Positions 39,970 to 49,313 of a stretch of 64,000 bases of DNA are shown in pieces. Source of the stretch: an uncultured Roseburia sp. (GTDB taxonomy: Bacteria; Bacillota; Clostridia; Lachnospirales; Lachnospiraceae); contig CAMQVP010000001.1 in NCBI GenBank assembly GCA_947038265.1, positions 124,968-188,967 on the forward strand, in the 5' to 3' direction. Positions within the stretch are counted from its first letter, which is position 1. The number at the start of each line of letters is the position of its first letter. The position numbers and the translations under genes were made by a program. Under the pieces are notes generated by a model, which saw only the letters and a list, made by a program, of their open reading frames with translations, was not told where the DNA came from and did not search any database.

Positions 39970-40931
39970 TATAATCCTCCCCTCCGAAACAACGCGTAAA
40001 ACGCATACATAGTGCATGCCACTTCCGATCCGACAAAAATATTAATTGGAAGCGTAATGCCGCCGCTTAAAATCTTTCCGGCTTTTCCCAGCGGGATAAT
40101 ACTCTCTAATCCGTTCGCGCCGGTCAGGAAATAATACGTCACGATACAGCCATAACAGATTAACGCCGTCACCTTAATACATTTATAAACCTTTTCATTA
40201 AAAAACTTCTCCGTCTTATCAAAACCGAACGCCGCAACATATAAAATCATGCCCGCCCCAATCATCGCCCCTCCGGAAAAACCGCCGCCCGGCGATAAGT
40301 GCCCGTTTAAAATAATATAGATCCCAAACAAAAACACCAACGGAACGATAAGCGTCGCAACTTTCTTTAAGATTAAATTATTCTTCGGCTCAAAGCCACG
40401 ATCGTTCGACTCCTTATTTTCCCGAATTTTATCCTCATCTACCATCAGCATAATCATGACGCAGCAAGTCGCAATAAACAGCACATTCGTCTCACCAAAC
40501 GTATCAAACGCGCGGTACGAAAGAATCATGCCCGTAACGATATTGACGGCTCCCGTATCTTTTAAGCCATCTGATATATAAGTCTCCGATACAATATTAT
40601 TCGTCGGTTTATCTTCCGCCCCAACGCTTGGCAGATAGGAAACCATATACACCAGCACAAATACCAAAGCAATGCAAAAGACTACGCTCATACACTTATA
40701 TAGGACATTAAAAAATTTCAATTCTTTATTGTGCCTTCTGTCATACACTTCCGACAAAGCCTGCCTTCTGTCTCTTAAACGTTCTTCAATCGTCGTTTCC
40801 GCTTCGGCATACTCCTTCTGGGGATGCATTTCCATATTTCCCATAAATGCATCTTTTTCTCCGCCCAGCCATCTGAAAAAATGAAACGCAAACGTTTTTT
40901 CGTATTCACTCTGTTTCCTGATATGGCTCAT
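39969..40931 (-). CDS. MnhB/MrpB-related subunit (MbhE/F-like)
   Basis: The MnhB signature ILNGHLSPGGGFSGGAMIGAG is present. The start sits at an ATG after AGGAGGA. Confidence 0.7.
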   Translation of the reverse strand: MSHIRKQSEYEKTFAFHFFRWLGGEKDAFMGNMEMHPQKEYAEAETTIEERLRDRRQALSEVYDRRHNKELKFFNVLYKCMSVVFCIALVFVLVYMVSYLPSVGAEDKPTNNIVSETYISDGLKDTGAVNIVTGMILSYRAFDTFGETNVLFIATCCVMIMLMVDEDKIRENKESNDRGFEPKNNLILKKVATLIVPLVFLFGIYIILNGHLSPGGGFSGGAMIGAGMILYVAAFGFDKTEKFFNEKVYKCIKVTALICYGCIVTYYFLTGANGLESIIPLGKAGKILSGGITLPINIFVGSEVACTMYAFYALFRRGGL

Positions 40932-41190
40932 CGTCCTCCTCCTTTTCCGCTTCTTGGCGCAGCGCATGGATTTTTTTCAGCGTGACAAAAAACAAAATAC
41001 TCGTCACTCCGGCGCCAACCGCCGCTTCCGTAATCGCAAGATCCGGAGATTCCAGCAATATCCAGATAATCGACATAATCAGGCTGTATGACATAAAAAT
41101 CAAAATTGAATTTAAAAGGTTTTTTGAAAAACTGACCGAAACAGCGCAGACAATCAAAAAGCCGAGCAAAATCATATTAAATATCTGCAT
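40906..41190 (-). CDS. DUF4040 (MrpA C-terminal / MrpB N-terminal, MbhD-like) small membrane subunit
   Basis: The 94-aa protein has 3 TM segments, reads ILLESPDLAITEAAVGAGV and ends in an acidic tail. Confidence 0.6.
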   Translation of the reverse strand: MQIFNMILLGFLIVCAVSVSFSKNLLNSILIFMSYSLIMSIIWILLESPDLAITEAAVGAGVTSILFFVTLKKIHALRQEAEKEEDDEPYQETE

Positions 41191-41590
41191 CTTCCCCGTC
41201 CCCTTTCCGGACCGCTTCTTTTTCGGCTTCCTCCATGCTCACCATACGGCAGTTTTCCAGCAAAGTCTGATCCGTCGTATATTCCAGACGGGCAATCATA
41301 TGGGAAGACACGGGAGATGCGCACCATAAAAACACAATCACAAGCGCAAGCTTCGCCGTCGTCGCATCCCAGCCGTTTGCAACCATAAGACCGATTAAAC
41401 AAAGCCCAATGCCAAGCGTGTCTCCCGTCGCCGCGATCTGCATCCGGTTTAGCACAAATTTAAAACGGTAAACCCCGAAAATTTCCAAAAAGAAAATCGA
41501 CATGCCGAACACCAGCAACACTATTACAATCCCAAACCGAATCCATTCAATCGCCGCCATGCGCATCGCCCTCCCCATCGTCTCTTTCAA
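41177..41590 (-). CDS. MrpG/MnhG subunit
   Basis: The motif RMQIAATGDTLGIGLCLIGLMV corresponds to the RxHAxxKxxTxG-like MnhG signature. The exact start is uncertain, with several in-frame ATGs. Confidence 0.7.
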   Translation of the reverse strand: MKETMGRAMRMAAIEWIRFGIVIVLLVFGMSIFFLEIFGVYRFKFVLNRMQIAATGDTLGIGLCLIGLMVANGWDATTAKLALVIVFLWCASPVSSHMIARLEYTTDQTLLENCRMVSMEEAEKEAVRKGDGEDADI

Positions 41591-41879
41591 AATATACGCC
41601 CATATAGACTTTCGTCAAAATTATGACCGCCAAAAAACTAATCATTGCATAAATCAGGCAGATGTCCGCCAAATACCCTTCCTTGAGCATAACGGCAAGA
41701 ATTGCAATCGCCACCATAACCATCGTGCCCATCATATTGATTGCCACAATCCTGTCCGCCATTCTAGGCCCTGCCACCGCCCGTATCAGGCAGGCAAAAA
41801 ACAATACGGCAAGGATTACAAGCAAAACGACAAACAAGCCGTGATACGCCTGATTTAACGCCGCAATACCGCTATACAT
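41547..41879 (-). CDS. MrpF/MnhF subunit
   Basis: The motif LIRAVAGPRMADRIVAINMMGTMVM matches the MrpF pattern. Confidence 0.7.
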   Translation of the reverse strand: MYSGIAALNQAYHGLFVVLLVILAVLFFACLIRAVAGPRMADRIVAINMMGTMVMVAIAILAVMLKEGYLADICLIYAMISFLAVIILTKVYMGVYFERDDGEGDAHGGD

Positions 41880-42372
41880 GCCGCTTCCCCCTTTTCTTTA
41901 ACATTTCATCGTCAATCGCTTCCATTCTGCGGAGCATATGGACAAACACACTGTCGTCCATGCCTGCCGCCAAACTAACGTCCAACGCATGAACCGTCAG
42001 TTCATCTTCCTCCATCGCCACGGTAATTGTCCCCGGCGTCAGCGTAATGGAATTTGCCAATACCACATTGGCAAGATCCGTCTTTAATCCTGTTTGGAAT
42101 TGCACAATAACAGGATCAATTTCATTTCGGTAGCTTAACGTTAATCGAATCGCGCTTACATTCGCCTTAATGATTTCCCAGAATAAAACCAGAATATACA
42201 GCAAAATAAGCGGAAGCTTCCGTAAAAGAAGAATGTCCTTTTCAATAGAATAATCCATAAACTTACAAAAGAATGCGTACATTGCCCCTGCAATCACGAT
42301 TCCAAAACATACAATCTCCCCTGTCAACTGTCCATTGAGGAGAATCCATAATAATAGAAATACAAGATACAT
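41872..42372 (-). CDS. MrpE/MnhE subunit
   Basis: The motif LLWILLNGQLTGEIVCFGIVIA matches the MNHE N-terminus. The start sits at an ATG after GGGGGTG. Confidence 0.7.
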   Translation of the reverse strand: MYLVFLLLWILLNGQLTGEIVCFGIVIAGAMYAFFCKFMDYSIEKDILLLRKLPLILLYILVLFWEIIKANVSAIRLTLSYRNEIDPVIVQFQTGLKTDLANVVLANSITLTPGTITVAMEEDELTVHALDVSLAAGMDDSVFVHMLRRMEAIDDEMLKKRGKRHV

Positions 42373-42589
42373 ATTCTCACACCCCCAAATTAATTTACAC
42401 CCATTGCATAGAAGAATCAAGTAAATTATAATTTTTTTTGCGTTTTATAAGCAGTATGGAAAAACTTTCCATAAATAGATATAGCAATTACCATACAGCA
42501 TTTAACAGCTAATCACAAAATTTGCAACAAGATTGGAGATTGTATCCGGCATTGTCCCCTTCCTCTCTTTCACAGATTATTTGTTTTGC

Positions 42590-42618
42590 TTGACAGTCTT
42601 TATAAAAATAGTTATAAT
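42590..42618 (+). promoter_or_regulatory. Sigma-A promoter for tRNA-Leu(TAG) (TTGACA-17-TATAAT)
   Basis: This is a perfect consensus pair ending 12 nt before the tRNA 5' end. Confidence 0.6.
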
Positions 42619-42630
42619 AACAGAGGTTTT

Positions 42631-42710
42631 GCGGGTATGGCGGAATTGGCAGACGCGCCAGATTTAGGTTCTGGTGGGAGACCGTGCAGGTTCAAGTCCT
42701 GTTACCCGCA
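42631..42710 (+). tRNA. tRNA-Leu (anticodon TAG)
   Basis: Acceptor GCGGGTA pairs with TACCCGC, the D-arm is GCGGAATTGGCAGACGC, the anticodon loop is TTTAGGT (TAG) and the T-arm reads GGTTCAAGTCC. The 3' 49 nt are duplicated at 59488-59536. Confidence 0.85.
42662..42710 (+). repeat. attL-side direct repeat (tRNA-Leu 3' end), identical to 59488-59536
   Basis: Forty-nine of 49 nt are identical. Flanking sequence diverges immediately outside both copies. Confidence 0.9.
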
Positions 42711-42765
42711 TGATTTCAGGGTTTTTGAAACATTTGAGATGTTTCAGAGACCCTGTTTTTTTGCA

Positions 42766-42789
42766 TTTGACAGCAATTTGACAGCAACC
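42766..42789 (+). repeat. Pair of TTGACAGCAA direct repeats ~58 bp inside attL (candidate integrase arm-type sites)
   Basis: The sequence tttgacagcaatttgacagcaacc matches the pair at 59353-59376 in the same orientation. Confidence 0.6.
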
Positions 42790-43034
42790 AGAAAAATAAG
42801 GATATAATTCAAAAATTTCGAGACCATTTTCGGATATGCCTTAACAGGGTTTTTTCTGCTGAAAGCATAACACATCTTCATTTGTCTTTCAATTAGTTTC
42901 ACTTTTCCTCTTTTTTATGAAACAGTGTTAAAAATTTTTATGTAGATTTTTACAAAAAAATATAATAAAATATCAAAAAAGAGGTTATATAGTATATTTT
43001 TTATACTGCATAACTTAATATAGGAGAAATGATA

Positions 43035-45236
43035 ATGAAAATAATTTCTGTTAAAAATTTTCCAAAAGAAAACCTTGAAAAAAGTTATCCAAACACTTCT
43101 TCTTTACCCAAAAGACTTTCCCCGGAAGAAGCATCTGAAAAAGGCATTCCAATTTATATTAGCGCAGACTGGTATACTGTCATAAAGGGAAAACCCATCT
43201 GTTTTGTATTTCTCTCTTTCCGTCAGCATCAAGTTTATGGAGAAGATGAAAATCAGCTGCAGGACTGCCTTTATTCTATAAACTTATGGGCGGATTCACA
43301 ATTATTTGATATTGAACTTCCAAAGCAGGAAATCTATAATTCAAAATGGCTAAAGCAGCTCCATACGAAAAACCTCATTTTGATTTCTAAATCACAATAT
43401 GAACTTCTGCTTCAAGCCATACAGCCGGATACAAATAGCTCCTTTTATTTTGAGAAAATCGGCATTCATCAACTTTATGGAAAATACTATTATGCAGCTT
43501 CCAATTGTGCCATTACATCAGAGGGCATTGACAAATCCATAAAAGCGATGCAGGAAGGATTCAATTTAGAAATCGATTCCGAACTTTCGTTGAAAGACGA
43601 AGCCCCAAAAAAAAGCATTGAGAATTTTATGGACTACACTGCCCAGAATTACCGCGTCTTTTATCCTATCCACTGCATTTCTATTCTCGCTGTCCTAAGA
43701 TACTTTTTAAAAAAACTGGGCCGATCGGCAGGAGCCGTGCTATGGATTGACGGAAAGGTTGCCAGTGGGAAAACACAATTAGCCGTAACTATGGGTGACT
43801 TTTTCAACCGAAGCAGTAATTGGGAAGACCAGATTAAACATCTGCAAACCACCAAATCAAAACCAAAACTAATTGCAGCAGAACTTTCCAAATACAGGAA
43901 TGCTGTATTTATCCTTGACGATATTAAAAAAGAAGAAACATCTGGCAGCCGGGACAATACCAAAAACATTACAGATCTGCTCATCCGCTCTATATACACC
44001 GGAAAAACAGGGGGTTTTGGCACAGATGAGCAGCCGATTGACGCTGCTGCCGTTATTACAGGGGAGTATTTTAAAGAAATAGAATCCACATCATCAAGAC
44101 TGCTCTATTTGAATATAGACGATTTTTTACAGAAAGAAACAAACAGCAATCAATTCAAAAATATTCAAAAAGACAAATCTTACCTTGCTAAGTTTATGTC
44201 CTATTTTATACAATGGCTATTTCAATGGATAGAAGACATCAATAATGCTAAATTCTTAGAAACCACACTTACTAATTTACAAAATGATGCAGCAGAATGT
44301 TTTCATGGAGAATTAAGTACGCGAATGGCTGAGACGCTGGCAAATTTCCAATTAGTATCAGAAATCCTCAATGAGTATTTTAAAGAAAACCAGATTCCAA
44401 AAATAAACTGCACAGAATTTCATAAGAAATCCAGAGATTCTCTAAAAAATCTCGCTTACGCCACATTATACAAAAGTCTGAATTACTATCCCCTCATAGA
44501 GGAGTGCTTTTATAAAACACTGTCAGACCTTAAAATCAAAGACTGCCGATACGGGGAACATTATTTAAATATCGCATTGTCATCAGGAAATGACCATCTA
44601 CTACATATAGCCAAAGCTAAAGATACAGATTACCTTCATGAACCTGGAGCAAGCGCTATCAATTACGACGCCAAAGGTGAAAAGAAACTCTGGCTGTTGG
44701 GACTTCAGGAAGGCTACGACGGCATCATGTTAAACATAAAAGAATGCAATGTATTATTAGTAAAATCCAAAGTTCTATGCAGTCTAATTCGCGAGAAAAT
44801 AAAATCAGATATACAAAAGTGGCATATTAAATTATATCATTCTGATATGGAAGATGAAAGAATCCTAAACACCCTATTGGAACATCATTGCATTTATGGA
44901 TACAAACGGAGAGACAACAATTCATTTGATAAGATCATCAATTATCCTGAATTCTCCAGCAACCAAAATTTACTGAAGGAATATCATGAAAAACCATTTA
45001 TTGAGCAAGAACAGATGCATCATATGGTAAAAATAAACATAGCAAATGAACGTATATATAATAGAATTACAGATATAAAAAAGCCAGCTATGGATTCGTT
45101 TGCAACTTTATTTTCTGCTATGAACACATATGATTCAAGCGAAGGCAGACATTTTATAGAACCAAACGATGGTCCATACATGAAAAACCTCAAAGACATA
45201 TTTGCTAAAATTAATAGATTTTCAGACCTCCGGTAA
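43035..45236 (+). CDS. Large (733 aa) P-loop NTPase of unknown function (Walker A GKVASGKT, Walker B VFILDD); candidate island replication/primase-helicase-like or defence ATPase
   Basis: The Walker A motif LWIDGKVASGKTQLA lies at ~aa 240 and the Walker B motif NAVFILDDIKKEE at ~aa 295. The gene is AT-rich and is the first gene inside attL, directly upstream of xis-int. I could recognise no other domain. Confidence 0.5.
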   Translation: MKIISVKNFPKENLEKSYPNTSSLPKRLSPEEASEKGIPIYISADWYTVIKGKPICFVFLSFRQHQVYGEDENQLQDCLYSINLWADSQLFDIELPKQEIYNSKWLKQLHTKNLILISKSQYELLLQAIQPDTNSSFYFEKIGIHQLYGKYYYAASNCAITSEGIDKSIKAMQEGFNLEIDSELSLKDEAPKKSIENFMDYTAQNYRVFYPIHCISILAVLRYFLKKLGRSAGAVLWIDGKVASGKTQLAVTMGDFFNRSSNWEDQIKHLQTTKSKPKLIAAELSKYRNAVFILDDIKKEETSGSRDNTKNITDLLIRSIYTGKTGGFGTDEQPIDAAAVITGEYFKEIESTSSRLLYLNIDDFLQKETNSNQFKNIQKDKSYLAKFMSYFIQWLFQWIEDINNAKFLETTLTNLQNDAAECFHGELSTRMAETLANFQLVSEILNEYFKENQIPKINCTEFHKKSRDSLKNLAYATLYKSLNYYPLIEECFYKTLSDLKIKDCRYGEHYLNIALSSGNDHLLHIAKAKDTDYLHEPGASAINYDAKGEKKLWLLGLQEGYDGIMLNIKECNVLLVKSKVLCSLIREKIKSDIQKWHIKLYHSDMEDERILNTLLEHHCIYGYKRRDNNSFDKIINYPEFSSNQNLLKEYHEKPFIEQEQMHHMVKINIANERIYNRITDIKKPAMDSFATLFSAMNTYDSSEGRHFIEPNDGPYMKNLKDIFAKINRFSDLR

Positions 45237-45315
45237 CATCAAAGTAGCAGTAAAATCACCAGTTATATTTATATATCATATCTGGGACTAAATAAAACAG
45301 AAAGGATGATTTACC

Positions 45316-45486
45316 ATGAACAATTATGAAAAAGCTGCTTTGAGCGTAGAAGAAACTGCCAAATACTTAAACATTGGAAGGAGCTTATGCTACCGGATGA
45401 TCAGGGAAAACAAAATTCCTCATTTGAAATTTGCAAGCCGGATTGTCGTTCCAAAAGTTAAATTGGACGAAATGTTAAGTAAATAA
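45316..45486 (+). CDS. xis: Excisionase-family helix-turn-helix DNA-binding protein (Xis-like, HTH_17)
   Basis: The 56-aa protein reads MNNYEKAALSVEETAKYLNIGRSLCYRMIRENKIPHLKFASRIVVPKVKLDEML, with RBS AAAGGATGA. It is not in the ORF track because of its small size. Confidence 0.8.
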   Translation: MNNYEKAALSVEETAKYLNIGRSLCYRMIRENKIPHLKFASRIVVPKVKLDEMLSK

Positions 45487-45554
45487 AAACGAAAGCACAA
45501 AGAGCAATCAGTAACGGTTGCTCTATTTTTATGCATTTTACGGAGGCACAGATT

Positions 45555-46760
45555 ATGAAAAAAAGAAGTAATGGAGAAGGCACAATCTGCAAAAGGAATG
45601 ATGGAAGATGGATGGCTCAAATCCTCATTGATACCGGATATGGAGAATTTAAAAGGAAAACCGTATATGGAAAAACACAGCGTGAAGTGAAAGAAAAATT
45701 AGAGCAGTTAAAATCAGACCAAAAACAAGGCCGGGTAATTGAAACTTCGGATATGCCTTTAGAACAGTGGATGAATATCTGGATTACAAATTATAAACCG
45801 GATTTGAAGATTACAACAAGAGAAGATTATGAATCCTATATTAATACGCATATCCGAGGATCAGATTTAGGAAAGATTCCTTTGAACAAATTAAAAACAA
45901 CGGATCTGCAATCATTTTATAACAATAAGCTTGCCGGAACCTGCAAAGGTCAAAAGAAGAAATTATCACCAACCACAGTCCGGTATATTCATGTAATTAT
46001 CAAAAGTGCGTTAAATCAGGCAATTCAAAACCGGATGATAAACAACAATGCTGCAAATGCAGTCGTTCTCCCAAAAAAGAACAAGACGGAAATCATTCCT
46101 CTCACGCAGGAAGAAGTAATCCGCTTCCTTGAAACCGCAAGAGGGGATCGGCTATATGCACTATATTTGCTGGAAATGATGACCGGATTACGAAAAGGAG
46201 AAATTTTAGGCTTACAATGGAATGACATTGATTTTAAATGCAAAAGAATTACTGTTTCGCATAATCTCTGCCGGATTAAAAGCCGAAATAAAAATGCAGG
46301 AAAAAAATATGAATTAATCCTGATGAATCCTAAAACAGCAACCTCCAAAAGATGTATTCCCATCAATGATTTTATGGCTGACGAACTGCAAAAACATAAA
46401 TTGCACCAGATGAAAGAAAAAGAATTATACGGTGACTATTACAATGACCTTGGAATGGTTTTTTGCAAGCCAGACGGAAACTACATTTATTCCAGGGATT
46501 TTCTAAGACAATATCAAAATCTCCTTTCTAAAGCCGGTCTGGAAAAAAAACGGTTCCACGACTTGCGCCATACAGTAGCCAGCCTGCTTATCAATGCAAA
46601 TGAAAATCCTAAAATGATACAACAATTACTCGGCCACTCAAATATAAGCACTACACTGGATATTTATGCGCATGTAATGGACAAGTCCATGAATAAAAGC
46701 GTGGATAAAATCTATCAGCAGCTAGGTTTAAATTCCATACCCCAAAAAAAGAATCCCTAA
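45555..46760 (+). CDS. int: Tyrosine site-specific integrase (phage integrase family)
   Basis: The N-terminal SAM-like domain reads MKKRSNGEGTICKRNDGRWMAQI. The catalytic motifs read FHDLRHTVASLL (HxxR) and LLGHSNISTTLDIYAHV (the nucleophile Tyr). The start sits at an ATG after CGGAGG. Confidence 0.92.
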   Translation: MKKRSNGEGTICKRNDGRWMAQILIDTGYGEFKRKTVYGKTQREVKEKLEQLKSDQKQGRVIETSDMPLEQWMNIWITNYKPDLKITTREDYESYINTHIRGSDLGKIPLNKLKTTDLQSFYNNKLAGTCKGQKKKLSPTTVRYIHVIIKSALNQAIQNRMINNNAANAVVLPKKNKTEIIPLTQEEVIRFLETARGDRLYALYLLEMMTGLRKGEILGLQWNDIDFKCKRITVSHNLCRIKSRNKNAGKKYELILMNPKTATSKRCIPINDFMADELQKHKLHQMKEKELYGDYYNDLGMVFCKPDGNYIYSRDFLRQYQNLLSKAGLEKKRFHDLRHTVASLLINANENPKMIQQLLGHSNISTTLDIYAHVMDKSMNKSVDKIYQQLGLNSIPQKKNP

Positions 46761-46881
46761 TACAGTAAGCCTGCCACTGGCCAGCCTTTCTGCATACTGA
46801 GACAGTATAAGAAGCCTATGAACTACTTAGCTTTCATAGGCTTCCTATTTGATTTCTCATTTTTAAAAACAAGGCTGTCTA

Positions 46882-47775
46882 TCAAAAATATCCTTCTGCC
46901 TCCTCTGCAGAAAGGCCGTATTCTTCCATAATCGTTTCTTTGATTTCCGCATCTCCATGCCCAAATTTTCGAAGCATGTCTATTGCTCCCTGAATTCCCT
47001 GCTGCAATCCTTGCTGCAGTCCTTGCTGAATTCCCTGTTGCAATCCTTCGCTTATCTTTTCTTCATCCCTTAATAATAACTGTGGTTCCATGATCTCCAT
47101 TAACGCCTGGCACATACTAGCATCTCCCTTCCATTCTTCCACTGCCTGCCTGTTTGCCCCTATGCTGACCTCTAGAACGGAATCTGCCAGCTCCAGGTCG
47201 TTTTTTCCTGTCAGACTCCGGATTTTTTCCAGCAGTTCCGTTATGTCCTCTTTCTCCAGTTTTTCCGATAACGCTCCAAGCCATGTATGCTCCGCCTTAT
47301 CCAGCTCGCCCGTGACAACAACCTGCACAGGAAACATATTTTTCCCTTTTATATAATATATCCCCCGGTACGGGTTGGATACCATATATCCATGCTCCGC
47401 AAAATATCGGAAAAGCCCTTCCGGCCTTGTTTCCCGGAGCAGCGACACCGTAATGTCATCCTCTTTTCTTTCATCAGCCGCTTTCCCATAAGCTTTATAA
47501 AGGCCTGCATATGCCAGGGCTTTGTAAAAGGCGTCTATATCCAAATGGTCTTTGGGCGATTTGTATTCCATAATGTTATGCCCCAAAAAGAAGGCCCCTA
47601 TTTCATTTCCAATCCGCACGGATGGTTCTTTTTTTATCACCAGCAGGTCAATTTCCAAAGGCTTGGTGTTTAAATTATATTCTTTCTCAAAGACCAGCGC
47701 ATCCCGGTTCTCTGCAAGCTCCAAACCCATTGCTGCCACAAAGCCCGGATGCCACTGCACTTTCCTGTCTTTCAT
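46882..47775 (-). CDS. Rpn-family recombination-promoting nuclease / putative transposase (PD-(D/E)XK, TIGR01784-like)
   Basis: The N-terminal core reads LEIDLLVIKKEP...FLGHNIMEYKSPKD. The C-terminal tail reads EGLQQGIQQGLQQGLQQGIQGAIDMLRKFG with characteristic QQG repeats. Confidence 0.6.
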   Translation of the reverse strand: MKDRKVQWHPGFVAAMGLELAENRDALVFEKEYNLNTKPLEIDLLVIKKEPSVRIGNEIGAFFLGHNIMEYKSPKDHLDIDAFYKALAYAGLYKAYGKAADERKEDDITVSLLRETRPEGLFRYFAEHGYMVSNPYRGIYYIKGKNMFPVQVVVTGELDKAEHTWLGALSEKLEKEDITELLEKIRSLTGKNDLELADSVLEVSIGANRQAVEEWKGDASMCQALMEIMEPQLLLRDEEKISEGLQQGIQQGLQQGLQQGIQGAIDMLRKFGHGDAEIKETIMEEYGLSAEEAEGYF

Positions 47776-48043
47776 AGTAATCTCCTTTGTGTGGTTAAAT
47801 TATAACATACCTTTCATAATTTCCGCAACCGCCCAAATCTCTACATTAAATTACCTTAGCAGGTATATAAATTTTCCATGTATCGGAAACGGCTGCAGGA
47901 TTTAGATTCCACAGCCGCTTCTGCTTCTTTTTCTTATTCCTCATTCCCATCCTTAGACAAAAGCGCGAGAACCGCCGTCAATATCCCCGCTACAACCGCC
48001 TTGATGATATGCTCCATAATTCCAACCGCCTTTCTGCGCTGCT

Positions 48044-48922
48044 TCATGCAATCCGTATCTCCCCGCTCTTTCTGTCATAGAGGTACACACTGTCCGACAG
48101 CCGCTCCTCCGGCATCACCTGCGTCCGGTTTACCTCCTTTACGATCTCCGCCAGTTCCTCCGGCTTCCCTGCGGAGACAGGGAGCAGCAGGATTTCATGT
48201 ATCGAGCTTGGCAGGATGTACAGGTCGCTTCCCAGTTCCTGCGCCAGCCCGGAAAACTCCCCCGCAAACAGCATGGCCGCAGCGCCGCCCAATTTAAAAC
48301 GGTTTGTGGCGACATACATCTGAATGGGGCTGCAGCCGCTGTCTGCAGGCGCTCCCAACATCTCACGGATGACTTTGTCCATGGTCTGGATTTTCGTCCC
48401 TCCGTTCTTTTTATGGTTCTCATACGCAGCTTCTCGCAGCTCTCTTTGGCAGATTCCCCAGTAATCCATATGGCTGTCTGTAATCAGGACTGCTGCAAAT
48501 CCGTCCCTGCCCGTTTCTGCAGTGAAATAATAGGCCTCTGCCAGATCCAGGAATCGTCTATGCGGCACGTCCTCCAGCATTTCCCTGTTCTTTTGGTAAT
48601 GCACCAGCCGTACGGAAACCTTTTTCCTTACACGTTTCCAGTCCATGAATTCCCCTTTGTCTAACGGCGTCTTCCCTGCATACTGCAGGTACAGACCCCA
48701 GATCTCCTCCACGGTTTCCCCAAATCCTTTCCCTCCGCACAGCTTTTCATGCCATGCGTCCAGGTAGATGACAGGGGAAGCCTCATCTCCCGGCCTTGAC
48801 AGAATCATCCCCGTCCGTTTTACGGAATTATTTTTTATGGTTTCCCGTATTTCCACGCTTCCGGTTCCCAGCCGGAACTGCATTTCCTCTTTTATTTTCT
48901 GCTTAAATTTTTCAAAATCCAT
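48044..48922 (-). CDS. Hypothetical protein (DUF5688-like, common on Firmicutes conjugative elements)
   Basis: The ~290-aa protein starts at an ATG after AAGGAGGAA. I recognised no catalytic motif. The family assignment is from memory only. Confidence 0.35.
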   Translation of the reverse strand: MDFEKFKQKIKEEMQFRLGTGSVEIRETIKNNSVKRTGMILSRPGDEASPVIYLDAWHEKLCGGKGFGETVEEIWGLYLQYAGKTPLDKGEFMDWKRVRKKVSVRLVHYQKNREMLEDVPHRRFLDLAEAYYFTAETGRDGFAAVLITDSHMDYWGICQRELREAAYENHKKNGGTKIQTMDKVIREMLGAPADSGCSPIQMYVATNRFKLGGAAAMLFAGEFSGLAQELGSDLYILPSSIHEILLLPVSAGKPEELAEIVKEVNRTQVMPEERLSDSVYLYDRKSGEIRIA

Positions 48923-49062
48923 CTCCACGCTTCCTCCTTAAAATAATCTGGGCGCATGGCATTTTCCCCATGCGCCCGCGTTATGTCCCGGCATTTATAA
49001 AATTATTCTTTGGGGTACGCATTAAATGCCGCATACCCATTTTGCAATGCGTATCCCGTCCT

Positions 49063-49272
49063 TTACGCCCTCCATGTAAAGGGCCGCTTCTTTCCAGCGG
49101 GCCTGTGGTCAAGGAGCATCCCTGCCTGCGTCCGCTCTTTTCCGCTTAAGCCGCCTCCCAGTATTTTTTCCAGCTCCGCAAACGTTTCCCCCTGCTCCGG
49201 GAGGCCCTGCTGTTTCGACAGCATGTCCAGCCGCTTTTCAACCGCCCATGCGGTAAAATCCTCTTCTTCCAT
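49063..49272 (-). CDS. Small hypothetical protein (69 aa)
   Basis: The protein reads MEEEDFTAWAVEKRLDMLSKQQGLPEQGETFAELEKILGG. The start sits after AGGAGG. Confidence 0.35.
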   Translation of the reverse strand: MEEEDFTAWAVEKRLDMLSKQQGLPEQGETFAELEKILGGGLSGKERTQAGMLLDHRPAGKKRPFTWRA

Positions 49273-49313
49273 GTCCTGCCTCCTGAAAATCCCATGGGGA
49301 TTTTGTCCATCCA

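Noticed and set aside
46761-46880. Possible second att site or element end right after int, which would imply a minimal 4-kb NTPase-xis-int element
   Set aside because: No copy of the tRNA 3'-end repeat or of the TTGACAGCAA motif occurs there. There is only a simple terminator-like hairpin (aagcctatga...tcataggctt).
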